Source: Nemertoderma westbladi | Lineage: Eukaryota > Animalia > Xenacoelomorpha | Assembly: GCA_032718475.1 (NCBI GenBank) | Contig: JAUCBJ010007457.1 | Location: forward strand, 1-64,000 | Direction: 5' to 3' | DNA length: 64,000 bases | Part shown: positions 41,301-56,239 of the stretch, in pieces | Position numbering within the stretch: the first letter of the stretch is position 1 | How the letters are laid out: every line of letters starts with the position of its first letter | The notes under the pieces: generated by a model | What the model saw: only the letters and a program-made list of their open reading frames with translations | What the model was told of the DNA's origin: nothing | The model's database searches: none | Made by a program: the position numbers and the translations under genes

Positions 41301-44300
41301 CAACCAAAGTACCAGCTACACCCTCAAACAAAATACCAGCTACACTCTCAACCAAAGTACCAGCTACACCCTCAACCAAAGTACCAGCTACACCCTCAAC
41401 CAAAGTACCAGCTACACCCTCAACCAAAGTACCAGCTACACTCTCAATCAAAGTACCAACTACACCCTCAACCAAAGTACCAGCTACACACTCAAACAAA
41501 ATACCAGCTACACCCTCAAACAAAATACCAGCTACACTCTCAACCAAAGTACCAGCTACACCCTCAACCAAAGTACCTGCTACACCCCCAACCAAAGTAC
41601 CAGCTACACTCTCAACCAAAGTACAAGCTACACCCCCAACCAAAGTACCAGCTACACCCTCAACCAAAGTACCAGCTACACCCCCAACCAAAGTACAAGC
41701 TACACCCTCAACCAAAGTACCTGCTACACCATCAACCAAAGTACCTGCTACACCATCAACCAAAGTACCAGCTACACCATCAACCGAAGTATCAGCTACA
41801 CCATCAACCAAAGTATCAGCTACTCCCTCAACCAAAGTACCAGCTACACCATCAACCAAAGTACCAGCTACACCCTCAACCAAAGTACCAGCTACACCAT
41901 CAAACAAAGTACCAGCTACACCCTCAACCAAAGTACCAGCTACACCCTCAACCAAAGTATCAGCTACACCCTCAACCAAAGTACCAGCTACACCCTCAAC
42001 CAAAGTACCAGCTACACCGTCAACCAAAGTACCAGCTACACTCTCAACCAAAGTACCAGCTACACCGTCAACCAAAGTACCAGCTACACTCTCAACCAAA
42101 GTACCAGCTACACCGTCAACCAAAGTACCAGCTACACTCTCAACCAAAGTACCAGCTACACTCTCAACCAAAGTACCTGCTACACCATCAACCAAAGTAC
42201 CAGCTACACCATCAACCAAAGTACCAGCTACACCATCAACCAAAGTACCAGCTACACCGTCAACCAAAGTACCAGCTACACTCTCAACCAAAGTACCAGC
42301 TACACCGTCAACCAAAGTACCAGCTACACTCTCAACCAAAGTACCAGCTACACTCTCAACCAAAGTACCTGCTACACCATCAACCAAAGTACCAGCTACA
42401 CCATCAACCAAAGTACCAGCTACACTCTCAACCAAAGTACCAGCTACACCGTCAACCAAAGTACCAGCTACACTCTCAACCAAAGTACCAGCTACACTCT
42501 CAACCAAAGTACCTGCTACACCATCAACCAAAGTACCAGCTACACCATCAACCAAAGTACCAGCTACACCCTCAACCAAAGTACCAGCTACACCCTCAAC
42601 CAAAGTACCAGCTACACCATCAACCAAAGTACCAGCTACACCATCAACCAAAGTACCAGCTACACCCTCAACCAAAGTATCAGCTACACCCCCAACCAAA
42701 GTACCAGCTACACCCTCAACCAAAGTACCAGCTACACCCTCAACCAAAGTATCAGCTACACCCTCAACCAAAGTACCAGCTACACCATCAACCAAAGTAC
42801 CAGCTACACCATCAACCAAAGTACCAGCTACACCATCAACCAAAGTACCAGCTACACCCCCAACCGAAGTACCAGCTACACCCTCAACCAAAGTACAAGT
42901 TACACCCCCAACCAAAGTACCAGCTACACCCTCAACCAAAGTACCAGCTACACCCCCAACCAAAGTACAAGCTACACCCTCAACCAAAGTACCAGCTACA
43001 CCATCAACCAAAGTACCAGCTACACCCTCAACCAAAGTACCAGCTACACCCTCAACCAAAGTACAAGCTACACCCCCAACCAAAGTACCAGCTACACCCT
43101 CAACCAAAGTACCAGCTACACCCCCAACCAAAGTACAAGCTACACCCTCAACCAAAGTACCTGCTACACCATCAACCAAAGTACCTGCTACACCATCAAC
43201 CAAAGTACCAGCTACACCATCAACCAAAGTACCAGCTACACCATCAACCAAAGTACCAGCTACACCCTCAACCAAAGTACCTGCTACACCATCAACCAAA
43301 GTACCAGCTACACCATCAACCAAAGTACCAGCTACACCCCCAACCAAAGTACAAGCTACACCCCCAACCAAAGTACCAGCTACACCATCAACCAAAGTAC
43401 CAGCTACACCCTCAACCAAAGTACCAGCTACACCCTCAACCAAATTCCAAAGTACAAGCTACACTCTCAACCAAAGTACCTGCTACACCATCAACCAAAG
43501 TACCAGCTACACCATCAAACAAAGTACCAGCTACACCCTCAACCAAAGTACCAGCTACACCCTCAACCAAAGTACAAGCTACACTCTCAACCAAAGTACC
43601 TGCTACACCCCCAACCAAAGTACAAGCTACACCCCCAACCGAAGTACCAGCTACACCCTCAACCAAAGTACCAGCTACACCCCCAACCAAAGTACAAGCT
43701 ACACCCTCAACCAAAGTACCTGCTACACCATCAACCAAAGTACCAGCTACACTCTAAACCAATGTACCAGCTACACTCCAAACCAATGTACCAGCTACAC
43801 TCTCAACCAAAGTCCCAGCTACACCCCCAACCAAAGTACCAGCTACACCCTCAAACATAATACCAGCTACACCCTCAACCAAAGTATCAGCTACACCCCC
43901 AACCAAAGTACAAGCTACACCCTCAACCAAAGTACCAGCTACACCATCAACCAAAGTACCAGCTACACCCCCAACCAAAGTACCAGCTACACCCTCAACC
44001 AAAGTACCAGCTACACCCCCAACCAAAGTACAAGCTACACCCTCAACCAAAGTACCTGCTACACCATCAACCAAAGTACCTGCTACACCATCAACCAAAG
44101 TACCAGCTACACCATCAACCAAAGTACCAGCTACACCATCAACCAAAGTACCAGCTACACCCTCAACCAAAGTACCTGCTACACCATCAACCAAAGTACC
44201 TGCTACACCATCAACCAAAGTACCAGCTACACCATCAACCAAAGTACCAGCTACACCATCAACCAAAGTACCAGCTACACCATCAACCAAAGTACCAGCT

Positions 44301-47300
44301 ACACCCTCAACCAAAGTACCAGCTACACCATCAACCAAAGTACCAGCTACACCCTCAACCAAAGTACCAGCTACACCCTCAACCAAAGTATCAGCTACAC
44401 CCTCAACCAAAGTACCAGCTACACCCTCAACCAAAGTACCAGCTACACCCTCAACCAAAGTACCAGCTACACCCTCAACCAAAGTACCAGCTACACCATC
44501 AACCAAAGTACCAGCTACACCATCAACCAAAGTACCAGCTACACCCTCAACCAAAGTATCAGCTACACCCCCAACCAAAGTACCAGCTACACCCTCAACC
44601 AAAGTACCAGCTACACCATCAACCAAAGTACCTGCTACACCATCAACCAAAGTACCAGCTACACCATCAACCAAAGTACCAGCTACACCATCAACCAAAG
44701 TACCAGCTACACCCTCAACCAAAGTATCAGCTACACCCCCAACCAAAGTACCAGCTACACCCTCAACCAAAGTACCAGCTACACCCTCAACCAAAGTACA
44801 AGCTACACCCTCAACCAAAGTATCAGCTACACCCTCAACCAAAGTACCAGCTACACCCTCAACCAAAGTACCAGCTACACCCTCAACCAAAGTACCTGCT
44901 ACACCCCCAACCAAAGTACAAGCTACACCCCCAACCGAAGTACCAGCTACACCCTCAACCAAAGTACCTGCTACACCATCAACCAAAGTACCAGCTACAC
45001 CATCAACCAAAGTACCAGCTACACCCTCAACCAAAGTACCAGCTACACCCCCAACCAAAGTACAAGCTACACCCCCAACCGAAGTACCAGCTACACCCTC
45101 AACCAAAGTACCTGCTACACCATCAACCAAAGTACCAGCTACACCATCAACCAAAGTACCAGCTACACCATCAACCAAAGTACCAGCTACACCATCAAAC
45201 AAAGTACCAGCTACACCATCAACCAAAGTACCAGCTACACCCTCAACCAAAGTACCAGCTACACCCCCAACCAAAGTACCAGCTACACCATCAACCAAAG
45301 TACCAGCTACACCCTCAACCAAAGTACCAGCTACACCCTCAACCAAAGTACAAGCTACACCCTCAACCAAAGTACCAGCTACACCCTCAACCAAAGTATC
45401 AGCTACACCATCAACCAAAGTACCAGCTACACCCTCAACCAAAGTATCAGCTACACCCCCAACCGAAGTACCAGCTACACCCTCAACCAAAGTACCTGCT
45501 ACACCATCAACCAAAGTACCAGCTACACCATCAACCAAAGTACCAGCTACACCATCAACCAAAGTACCAGCTACACCATCAAACAAAGTACCAGCTACAC
45601 CATCAACCAAAGTACCAGCTACACCCTCAACCAAAGTACCAGCTACACCCTCAACCAAAGTACCAGCTACACCCTCAACCAAAGTACCAGCTACACCCTC
45701 AACCAAAGTACCAGCTACACCCTCAACCAAAGTACCAGCTACACCCTCAACCAAAGTACCAGCTACACCATCAACCAAAGTACCAGCTACACCATCAACC
45801 AAAGTACCAGCTACACCCTCAACCAAAGTATCAGCTACACCCCCAACCAAAGTACCAGCTACACCCTCAACCAAAGTACCAGCTACACCATCAACCAAAG
45901 TACCTGCTACACCATCAACCAAAGTACCAGCTACACCATCAACCAAAGTACCAGCTACACCATCAACCAAAGTACCAGCTACACCCTCAACCAAAGTACC
46001 AGCTACACCCTCAACCAAAGTACCAGCTACACCCTCAACCAAAGTACCAGCTACACCCTCAACCAAAGTACCAGCTACACCCTCAACCAAAGTACCAGCT
46101 ACACCCTCAACCAAAGTACCAGCTACACCCTCAACCAAAGTACCAGCTACACCCTCAACCAAAGTACCAGCTACACCCTCAACCAAAGTACAAGCTACAC
46201 CCTCAACCAAAGTACCAGCTACACCCTCAACCAAAGTACCTGCTACACCATCAACCAAAGTACCAGCTACACCATCAACCAAAGTACCAGCTACACCCTC
46301 AACCAAAGTACCAGCTACACCCCCAACCAAAGTACAAGCTACACCCCCAACCGAAGTACCAGCTACACCCTCAACCAAAGTACCTGCTACACCATCAACC
46401 AAAGTACCAGCTACACCATCAACCAAAGTACCAGCTACACCATCAACCAAAGTACCAGCTACACCATCAAACAAAGTACCAGCTACACCATCAACCAAAG
46501 TACCAGCTACACCCTCAACCAAAGTACCAGCTACACCCCCAACCAAAGTACAAGCTACACTCTCAACCAAAGTACCTGCTACACCATCAACCAAAGTACC
46601 AGCTACACCATCAACCAAAGTACCAGCTACACCCTCAACCAAAGTACCAGCTACACCCTCAACCAAAGTACCAGCTACACCCTCAACCAAAGTACCAGCT
46701 ACACCCTCAACCAAAGTACCAGCTACACCCTCAACCAAAGTACCAGCTACACCCTCAACCAAAGTACCAGCTACACCCTCAACCAAAGTACCAGCTACAC
46801 CCTCAACCAAAGTACCAGCTACACCATCAACCAAAGTACCAGCTACACCTCAACCAAAGTACCAGCTACACCCTCAACCAAAGTACCAGCTACACCATCA
46901 ACCAAAGTACCAGCTACACCCTCAACCAAAGTACCAGCTACACCCTCAACCAAAGTACCAGCTACACCCTCAACCAAAGTACCAGCTACACCCTCAACCA
47001 AAGTACCAGCTACACCCTCAACCAAAGTACCAGCTACACCCTCAACCAAAGTACCAGCTACACCCTCAACCAAAGTACCAGCTACACCCTCAACCAAAGT
47101 ACCAGCTACACCCTCAACCAAAGTACCAGCTACACCTTCAACCAAAGTACCAGCTACACCCTCAACCAAAGTACCAGCTACACCCTCAACCAAAGTACCA
47201 GCTACACCATCAACCAAAGTATCAGCTACACCCTCAACCAAAGTACCAGCTACACTCTCAACCAAAGTACCAGCTACATCATCAACCAAAGTACCAGCTA

Positions 47301-50300
47301 CACCCTCAACCAAAGTACCAGCTACACCCTCAACCAAAGTACCAGCTACACCCTCAACCAAAGTACCAGCTACACCCTCAACCAAAGTACCAGCTACACC
47401 CTCAACCAAAGTACCAGCTACACCCTCAACCAAAGTACCAGCTACACCCTCAACCAAAGTCCAAAGTACAAGCTACACTCTCAACCAAAGTACCTGCTAC
47501 ACCATCAACCAAAGTACCAGCTACACCATCAAACAAAGTACCAGCTACACCCTCAACCAAAGTACCAGCTACACCCTCAACCAAAGTACCAGCTACACCC
47601 TCAACCAAAGTATCAGCTACACCCTCAACCAAAGTACCAGCTACACCCTCAAACAAAGTACCAGCTAAACCATCAACAAAAGTACCAGCTACACTCTCAA
47701 CCAAAGTACCAGCTACACTCTCAACCAAAGTACCAGCTACACCCTCAACCAAAGTACCAGCTACACCCTCAACCAAAGTACCAGCTACACCCTCAACCAA
47801 AGTACCAGCTACACCCTCAACCAAAGTCCAAAGTACAAGCTACACTCTCAACCAAAGTACCTGCTACACCATCAACCAAAGTACCAGCTACACCATCAAA
47901 CAAAGTACCAGCTACACCCTCAACCAAAGTACCAGCTACACCATCAAACAAAGTACCAGCTACACCCTCAACCAAAGTACCAGCTACACCCTCAACCAAA
48001 GTACCAGCTACACCCCCAACCAAAGTACAAGCTACACTCTCAACCAAAGTACCTGCTACACCATCAACCAAAGTACCAGCTACACCCTCAACCAAAGTAC
48101 CAGCTACACCCTCAACCAAAGTATCAGCTACACCCTCAACCAAAGTACCAGCTACACCCTCAACCAAACTACCAGCTACACCCTCAACCAAAGTACCAGC
48201 TACACCCTCAACCAAAGTACCAGCTACACCCTCAACCAAAGTATCAGCTACACCCTCAACCAAAGTACCAGCTACACCATCAACCAAAGTACCAGCTACA
48301 CCATCAACCAAAGTACCAGCTACACCCTCAACCAAAGTACCAGCTACACCCTCAACCAAAGTCCAAAGTACAAGCTACACTCTCAACCAAAGTACCTGCT
48401 ACACCCTCAACCAAAGTACCAGCTACACCATCAAACAAAGTACCAGCTACACCCTCAACCAAAGTACCAGCTACACCCTCAACCAAAGTACAAGCTACAC
48501 CCCCAACCGAAGTACCAGCTACACCCTCAACCAAAGTACCTGCTACACCATCAACCAAAGTACCAGCTACACCATCAACCAAAGTACCAGCTACACCATC
48601 AACCAAAGTACCAGCTACACCATCAAACAAAGTACCAGCTACACCATCAACCAAAGTACCAGCTACACCCTCAACCAAAGTACCAGCTACACCCCCAACC
48701 AAAGTACAAGCTACACTCTCAACCAAAGTACCTGCTACACCATCAACCAAAGTACCAGCTACACCATCAACCAAAGTACCAGCTACACCCTCAACCAAAG
48801 TACCAGCTACACCCTCAACCAAAGTACCAGCTACACCCTCAACCAAAGTACCAGCTACACCCTCAACCAAAGTATCAGCTACACCCTCAACCAAAGTACC
48901 AGCTACAACCTCAACCAAACTACCAGCTACACCCTCAACCAAAGTACCAGCTACACCTTCAACCAAAGTACCAGCTACACCCTCAACCAAAGTACCAGCT
49001 ACACCCTCAACCAAAGTACCAGCTACACCATCAACCAAAGTATCAGCTACACCCTCAACCAAAGTACCAGCTACACTCTCAACCAAAGTACCAGCTACAT
49101 CATCAACCAAAGTACCAGCTACACCCTCAACCAAAGTACCAGCTACACCCTCAACCAAAGTACCAGCTACACCCTCAACCAAAGTACCAGCTACACCCTC
49201 AACCAAAGTACCAGCTACACCCTCAACCAAAGTACCAGCTACACCCTCAACCAAAGTACCAGCTACACCCTCAACCAAAGTCCAAAGTACAAGCTACACT
49301 CTCAACCAAAGTACCTGCTACACCATCAACCAAAGTACCAGCTACACCATCAAACAAAGTACCAGCTACACCCTCAACCAAAGTACCAGCTACACCCTCA
49401 ACCAAAGTACCAGCTACACCCTCAACCAAAGTATCAGCTACACCCTCAACCAAAGTACCAGCTACACCCTCAAACAAAGTACCAGCTAAACCATCAACAA
49501 AAGTACCAGCTACACTCTCAACCAAAGTACCAGCTACACTCTCAACCAAAGTACCAGCTACACCCTCAACCAAAGTACCAGCTACACCCTCAACCAAAGT
49601 ACCAGCTACACCCTCAACCAAAGTACCAGCTACACCCTCAACCAAAGTCCAAAGTACAAGCTACACTCTCAACCAAAGTACCTGCTACACCATCAACCAA
49701 AGTACCAGCTACACCATCAAACAAAGTACCAGCTACACCCTCAACCAAAGTACCAGCTACACCATCAAACAAAGTACCAGCTACACCCTCAACCAAAGTA
49801 CCAGCTACACCCTCAACCAAAGTACCAGCTACACCCCCAACCAAAGTACAAGCTACACTCTCAACCAAAGTACCTGCTACACCATCAACCAAAGTACCAG
49901 CTACACCCTCAACCAAAGTACCAGCTACACCCTCAACCAAAGTATCAGCTACACCCTCAACCAAAGTACCAGCTACACCCTCAACCAAACTACCAGCTAC
50001 ACCCTCAACCAAAGTACCAGCTACACCCTCAACCAAAGTACCAGCTACACCCTCAACCAAAGTATCAGCTACACCCTCAACCAAAGTACCAGCTACACCA
50101 TCAACCAAAGTACCAGCTACACCATCAACCAAAGTACCAGCTACACCCTCAACCAAAGTACCAGCTACACCCTCAACCAAAGTCCAAAGTACAAGCTACA
50201 CTCTCAACCAAAGTACCTGCTACACCCTCAACCAAAGTACCAGCTACACCATCAAACAAAGTACCAGCTACACCCTCAACCAAAGTACCAGCTACACCCT

Positions 50301-53300
50301 CAACCAAAGTACAAGCTACACCCCCAACCGAAGTACCAGCTACACCCTCAACCAAAGTACCTGCTACACCATCAACCAAAGTACCAGCTACACCATCAAC
50401 CAAAGTACCAGCTACACCATCAACCAAAGTACCAGCTACACCATCAAACAAAGTACCAGCTACACCATCAACCAAAGTACCAGCTACACCCTCAACCAAA
50501 GTACCAGCTACACCCCCAACCAAAGTACAAGCTACACTCTCAACCAAAGTACCTGCTACACCATCAACCAAAGTACCAGCTACACCATCAACCAAAGTAC
50601 CAGCTACACCCTCAACCAAAGTACCAGCTACACCCTCAACCAAAGTACCAGCTACACCCTCAACCAAAGTACCAGCTACACCCTCAACCAAAGTATCAGC
50701 TACACCCTCAACCAAAGTACCAGCTACAACCTCAACCAAACTACCAGCTACACCCTCAACCAAAGTACCAGCTACACCCTCAACCAAAGTACCAGCTACA
50801 CCCTCAACCAAAGTCCAAAGTACAAGCTACACTCTCAACCAAAGTACCTGCTACACCATCAACCAAAGTACCAGCTACACCATCAAACAAAGTACCAGCT
50901 ACACCCTCAACCAAAGTACCAGCTACACCCTCAACCAAAGTACCAGCTACACCCTCAACCAAAGTATCAGCTACACCCTCAACCAAAGTACCAGCTACAC
51001 CCTCAAACAAAGTACCAGCTACACCATCAACAAAAGTACCAGCTACACTCTCAACCAAAGTACCAGCTACACCCTCAACCAAAGTACCAGCTACACCCTC
51101 AACCAAAGTACCAGCTACACCCTCAACCAAAGTACCAGCTACACCCTCAACCAAAGTCCAAAGTACAAGCTACACTCTCAACCAAAGTACCTGCTACACC
51201 ATCAACCAAAGTACCAGCTACACCATCAAACAAAGTACCAGCTACACCCTCAACCAAAGTACCAGCTACACCATCAAACAAAGTACCAGCTACACCCTCA
51301 ACCAAAGTACCAGCTACACCCTCAACCAAAGTACCAGCTACACCCCCAACCAAAGTACAAGCTACACTCTCAACCAAAGTACCTGCTACACCATCAACCA
51401 AAGTACCAGCTACACCATCAACCAAAGTACCAGCTACACCCTCAACCAAAGTACCAGCTACACCCTCAACCAAAGTACCAGCTACACCCTCAACCAAAGT
51501 ACCAGCTACACCCTCAACCAAAGTATCAGCTACACCCTCAACCAAAGTACCAGCTACACCCTCAACCAAACTACCAGCTACACCCTCAACCAAAGTACCA
51601 GCTACACCCTCAACCAAAGTACCAGCTACACCCTCAACCAAAGTCCAAAGTACAAGCTACACTCTCAACCAAAGTACCTGCTACACCATCAACCAAAGTA
51701 CCAGCTACACCATCAAACAAAGTACCAGCTACACCCTCAACCAAAGTACCAGCTACACCCTCAAACAAAATACCAGCTACACTCTCAACCAAAGTACCAG
51801 CTACACCCTCAACCAAAGTACCTGCTACACCATCAACCAAAGTACCAGCTACACCCTCAACCAAAGTACCAGCTACACCCTCAACCAAAGTACCAGCTAC
51901 ACCCTCAACCAAAGTACCAGCTACACTATCAACCAAAGTACCAGCTACACCCTCAACCGAAGTACCAGCTACACCCTCAACCAAAGTACCAGCTACAACC
52001 TCAACCAAAGTACCAGCTACACCCTCAACCAAAGTATCAGCTACACCCTCAACCAAAGTACCAGCTACACCCTCAAACAAAGTACCACCTACACCATCAA
52101 CAAAAGTACCAGCTACACTCTCAACCAAAGTACCAGCTACACTCTCAACCAAAGTACCAGCTACACCCTCAACCAAAGTACCAGCTACACCCTCAACCAA
52201 AGTACCAGCTACACCCTCAACCAAAGTACCAGCTACACCCTCAACCAAAGTCCAAAGTACAAGCTACACTCTCAACCAAAGTACCTGCTACACCATCAAC
52301 CAAAGTACCAGTTACACCATCAAACAAAGTACCAGCTACACCCTCAACCAAAGTACCAGCTACACCCTCAACCAAAGTATCAGCTACACCCTCAACCAAA
52401 GTACCAGCTACACCCTCAAACAAAGTACCAGCTACACCATCAACAAAAGTACCAGCTACACTCTCAACCAAAGTACCAGCTACACTCTCAACCAAAGTAC
52501 CAGCTACACCCTCAACCAAAGTACCAGCTACACCCTCAACCAAAGTACCAGCTACACCCTCAACCAAAGTCCAAAGTACAAGCTACACTCTCAACCAAAG
52601 TACCTGCTACACCATCAACCAAAGTACCAGTTACACCATCAAACAAAGTACCAGCTACACCCTCAACCAAAGTACCAGCTACACCCTCAACCAAAGTATC
52701 AGCTACACCCTCAACCAAAGTACCAGCTACACCCTCAAACAAAGTACCAGCTACACCATCAACAAAAGTACCAGCTACACTCTCAACCAAAGTACCAGCT
52801 ACACTCTCAACCAAAGTACCAGCTACACCCTCAACCAAAGTACCAGCTACACCATCAACCAAAGTACCAGCTACACCCTCAACCAAAGTCCAAAGTACAA
52901 GCTACACTCTCAACCAAAGTACCTGCTACACCATCAACCAAAGTACCAGCTACACCATCAAACAAAGTACCAGCTACACCCTCAACCAAAGTACCAGCTA
53001 CACCCTCAACCAAAGTATCAGCTACACCCTCAACCAAAGTACCAGCTACACCCTCAACCAAAGTACCAGCTACACCATCAACAAAAGTACCAGCTACACT
53101 CTCAACCAAAGTACCAGCTACACTCTCAACCAAAGTACCAGCTACACCCTCAACCAAAACACCAGCTACACCCTCAAACAAAATACCAGCTACGCTCTCA
53201 ACCAAAGTACCAGCTACACCCTCAACCAAAGTATCAGCTACACCCTCAACCAAAGTACCAGCTACACCCTCAACCAAAGTACCAGCTACACCATCAACAA

Positions 53301-54128
53301 AAGTACCAGCTACACTCTCAACCAAAGTACCAGCTACACTCTCAACCAAAGTACCAGCTACACCCTCAAACAAAGTACCAGCTACACCCTCAACCAAAGT
53401 ATCAGCTACACCCTCAACCAAAGTACCAGCTACACCCTCAACCAAAGTACCAGCTACACCCTCAACCAAAGTATCAGCTACACCCTCAACCAAAGTACCA
53501 GCTACACCCTCAACCAAAGTACAAGCTACACTCTCAACCAAAGTACCAGCTACACCCTCAACCAAAGTATCACCTACACCCTCAACCAAAGTACCAGCTA
53601 CACCCTCAACCAAAGTACCAGCTACACCCTCAACCAAAGTACCAGCTACACCCTCAACCAAAGTACCAGCTACACCCTCAACCAAAGTCCAAAGTACAAG
53701 CTACACTCTCAACCAAAGTACCTGCTACACCATCAACCAAAGTACCAGCTACACCATCAAACAAAGTACCAGCTACACCCTCAACCAAAGTACCAGCTAC
53801 ACCCTCAACCAAAGTACCAGCTACACCCTCAACCAAAGTATCAGCTACTCCCTCAACCAAAGTACCAGCTACACCCTCAACCAAAGTACCAGCTACATCA
53901 TCAACAAAAGTACCAGCTACACTCTCAACCAAAGTACCAGCTACACCCTCAACCAAAGTACCAGCTACACCCTCAACCAAAGTACCAGCTACATCATCAA
54001 CAAAAGTACCAGCTACACACTCAACCAAAGTACCAGCTACATCCTCAACCAAAGTACCAGCTACACCATCAACCAAAGTATCAGCTACACCCTCAACCAA
54101 ATATCAGCTACACTCTCAACCAAAGTAC
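35400..54128. repeat. 24-bp satellite (~780 units, ~18.7 kb) with higher-order repeats, intronic
   Basis: Unit accaaagtaccagctacacc(c/a)tca. Patterns of variant units recur at 3,360-bp and 1,821-bp offsets. Confidence 0.97.
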
Positions 54129-54790
54129 GACGTACTTTGGACAGAAATATAAGTATTGAACATGAATATAAATTGAGTAGGCATGTATGTAACATGTAAC
54201 TTTTTGAAACTTACCCGAATAACTCAGGTGTTTGTTACCTGTTGGGAAGGACTTAATTGTTTTGTAAATTTATACATGGAGAGTATACAATATTGATTGG
54301 CTAACTATACAATAAAATTGTTAATTAAACAATATTAATTAACCATTAATTAATATAATCTTCATTACTAATCTCAATTGAAATATTATTAATGTTGTCG
54401 TTATTTGGTGCGGACAACTTGACTTGCGCACTTGATTTATAATCTATATAAATAAGATTACATTTCGTTGCGAAATAAATTGCGAGCGCAGCGAGGATTT
54501 AAATCAATACGAGAACTGTGATATTTGCCTTGAATATAATAACTATAATTATGATATGTAATTTTCAATATCATGATATGGATTACTTAAAGATCCTCAG
54601 TGAACGTGAAACACCGAAGGCAACACGAAGTTACACTTATCTTGGCAGTTACCTGTCAGACATGGGGGTGGAACACGCAATAACTATCTAAACCTTGGTT
54701 AGCCCATCACCCAGGAAACCCATCAATGTAATAGAACAAAAAATTATTTATTCTAGAATACTCGCTGAGGGTTCGAACCCAGGAACTTAC

Positions 54791-55031
54791 CGGTGGCGAC
54801 AATCTCGAAGTATGTTGGGTCATTGACCTTCAACCCGGTGGGTTCCAGACCCGGTCCTCTCGCGATCACCTTGCTCGCGTCCCCCGGCGCGTCCGATATG
54901 TTCACTGTGTAGGGACTCTTGGTCGTCTCTTCCTTAGCGAAACTCACGCTGACCAGATGAGGACCAGCGGTTTGGGATAGATAAGTAACGCTGTAAGTTT
55001 TGTTGCGGTCGTTATTAAACTCAACTTTAGC
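54791..55031 (-). CDS. FLN: Filamin exon: Ig1 C-terminal half and Ig2 start
   Basis: 241 nt, AKVEFNNDRNKTYSVTY...KSPYTVNISDAPGDASKVIARGPGLEPTGLKVNDPTYFEIVAT. Acceptor atttAG, donor G|GTAAGT, phase 0/1. Confidence 0.93.
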
Positions 55032-55211
55032 CTAAATATAAACGCGATTTATTTAGTGTAAAAGTAAACGCCTAAACCTCTATAATCATACTATTACGTA
55101 GGTATTCATTAATATATAAAGATAATGTTCGAGTGTTTGGTTAAATAATAAGAATATGGTTACCGAATAGAGTTGTAAGCTATCGGTAGAGTTTATTTAG
55201 TTGTTACTAAC

Positions 55212-55349
55212 CCCGATCTCTTTCCCATTGGGGTCCTTAACCGAAACGACGACTTCGCCGTTACCTGCACTGAATGTCTCCACAGTGAACCGAGAGGGCT
55301 GGCCAACCGCGCAACCTTCTGGTTCAACACCCGGCCCATAGACCCTCAC
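55212..55349 (-). CDS. FLN: Filamin exon: Ig repeat 1, N-terminal half
   Basis: 138 nt, VRVYGPGVEPEGCAVGQPSRFTVETFSAGNGEVVVSVKDPNGKEIG. Acceptor tctttAG, donor GGG|GTTAGT, phase 0/0. Confidence 0.92.
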
Positions 55350-55367
55350 CTAAAGAACACGTTGCAT

Positions 55368-55590
55368 AGTTACTGAGTAGGTTGTTTAGTTACTCTGAGT
55401 ACGTTGCTTAGTTACTGAGAAGGTTGTTTAGTTACTGAGTAGGTTGCTTAGTTACTGAGTAGGTTGTTTAGTTACTCTGAGTACGTTGCTTAGTTACTGA
55501 GTAGGTTACTTAGTTACTGAGAAGGTTGTTTAGTTACTGAGTAGGTTGCTTAGTTACTGAGTAGGTTGCTTAGTTACTGAGAAGGTTGAT
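55368..55590. repeat. ~20-bp minisatellite (agttactgagtaggttg[c/t]tt) just upstream of an acceptor
   Basis: About 11 copies, seen directly. Confidence 0.88.
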
Positions 55591-55596
55591 TAGAAA

Positions 55597-55780
55597 ACCT
55601 TATCGATAACTTATTGATTACCAAACTTATCGATAACTTATTGATTACCAAACTTATCAATAACTTATTGATTACTAAACTTATCGATAACTTATTGATT
55701 ACCAAACTTATCGATAACTTATTGATTACCAAACTTATCGATAACTTATTGATTACAAAACTTATCGATAACTTATTGAA
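55597..55780. repeat. 27-bp minisatellite (aaacttatcgataacttattgattacc)
   Basis: About 7 copies. Confidence 0.88.
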
Positions 55781-55981
55781 CTTATTATTAACTTATTTTC
55801 TAATTAATATTTGGTTTAATATTTATGAGATTAAATAGTTGAAAAAAATTGAATTTTAATGGCACAAAAACGTTGCAATTACCATTCCGTGTCATCAGAA
55901 AATGACACTGTATTACGGTTCATGGTGTATATATATATGACAACTACCCCCCCCCCCCCCCCCGGTCGCAGTTTCACTCAC

Positions 55982-56110
55982 CTTTGATGGATTTGTTCTG
56001 GGTCTCAGTGGAGCCCCAGGTCGCAGTTTCGCATGGGGGAATTGACTCAGATACGTCATCATGGAGAGATCATCGACTTTTGGGTTAGTCATGTCTTCCG
56101 GTGATATTAA
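55982..56110 (-). CDS. FLN: Filamin exon: end of CH2 and linker
   Basis: 129 nt, [43 protein letters not shown], matching the filamin '[20 protein letters not shown]' motif. Acceptor ttttcAG, donor AAG|GTGAGT, phase 0/0. Confidence 0.95.
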
Positions 56111-56239
56111 CTGAAAATAAATAGCATTGTAATCGGAATAAATTAAATCTAAGTAGCAACTGGTTAGTTACGGATAGCTATTGGTTCACTGACACTAAGT
56201 AAAGCAATCCTGAGATATTAAACAACTCACCCATAACCG

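Noticed and set aside
35361-54100. Mucin-like or antifreeze-like giant ORFs (TPSTKVPA, NQSTSYTL, GVAGTLVE)
   Set aside because: Several frames on both strands are open because the unit is 24 bp. The array has frequent frameshifting indels and lies in a filamin intron.
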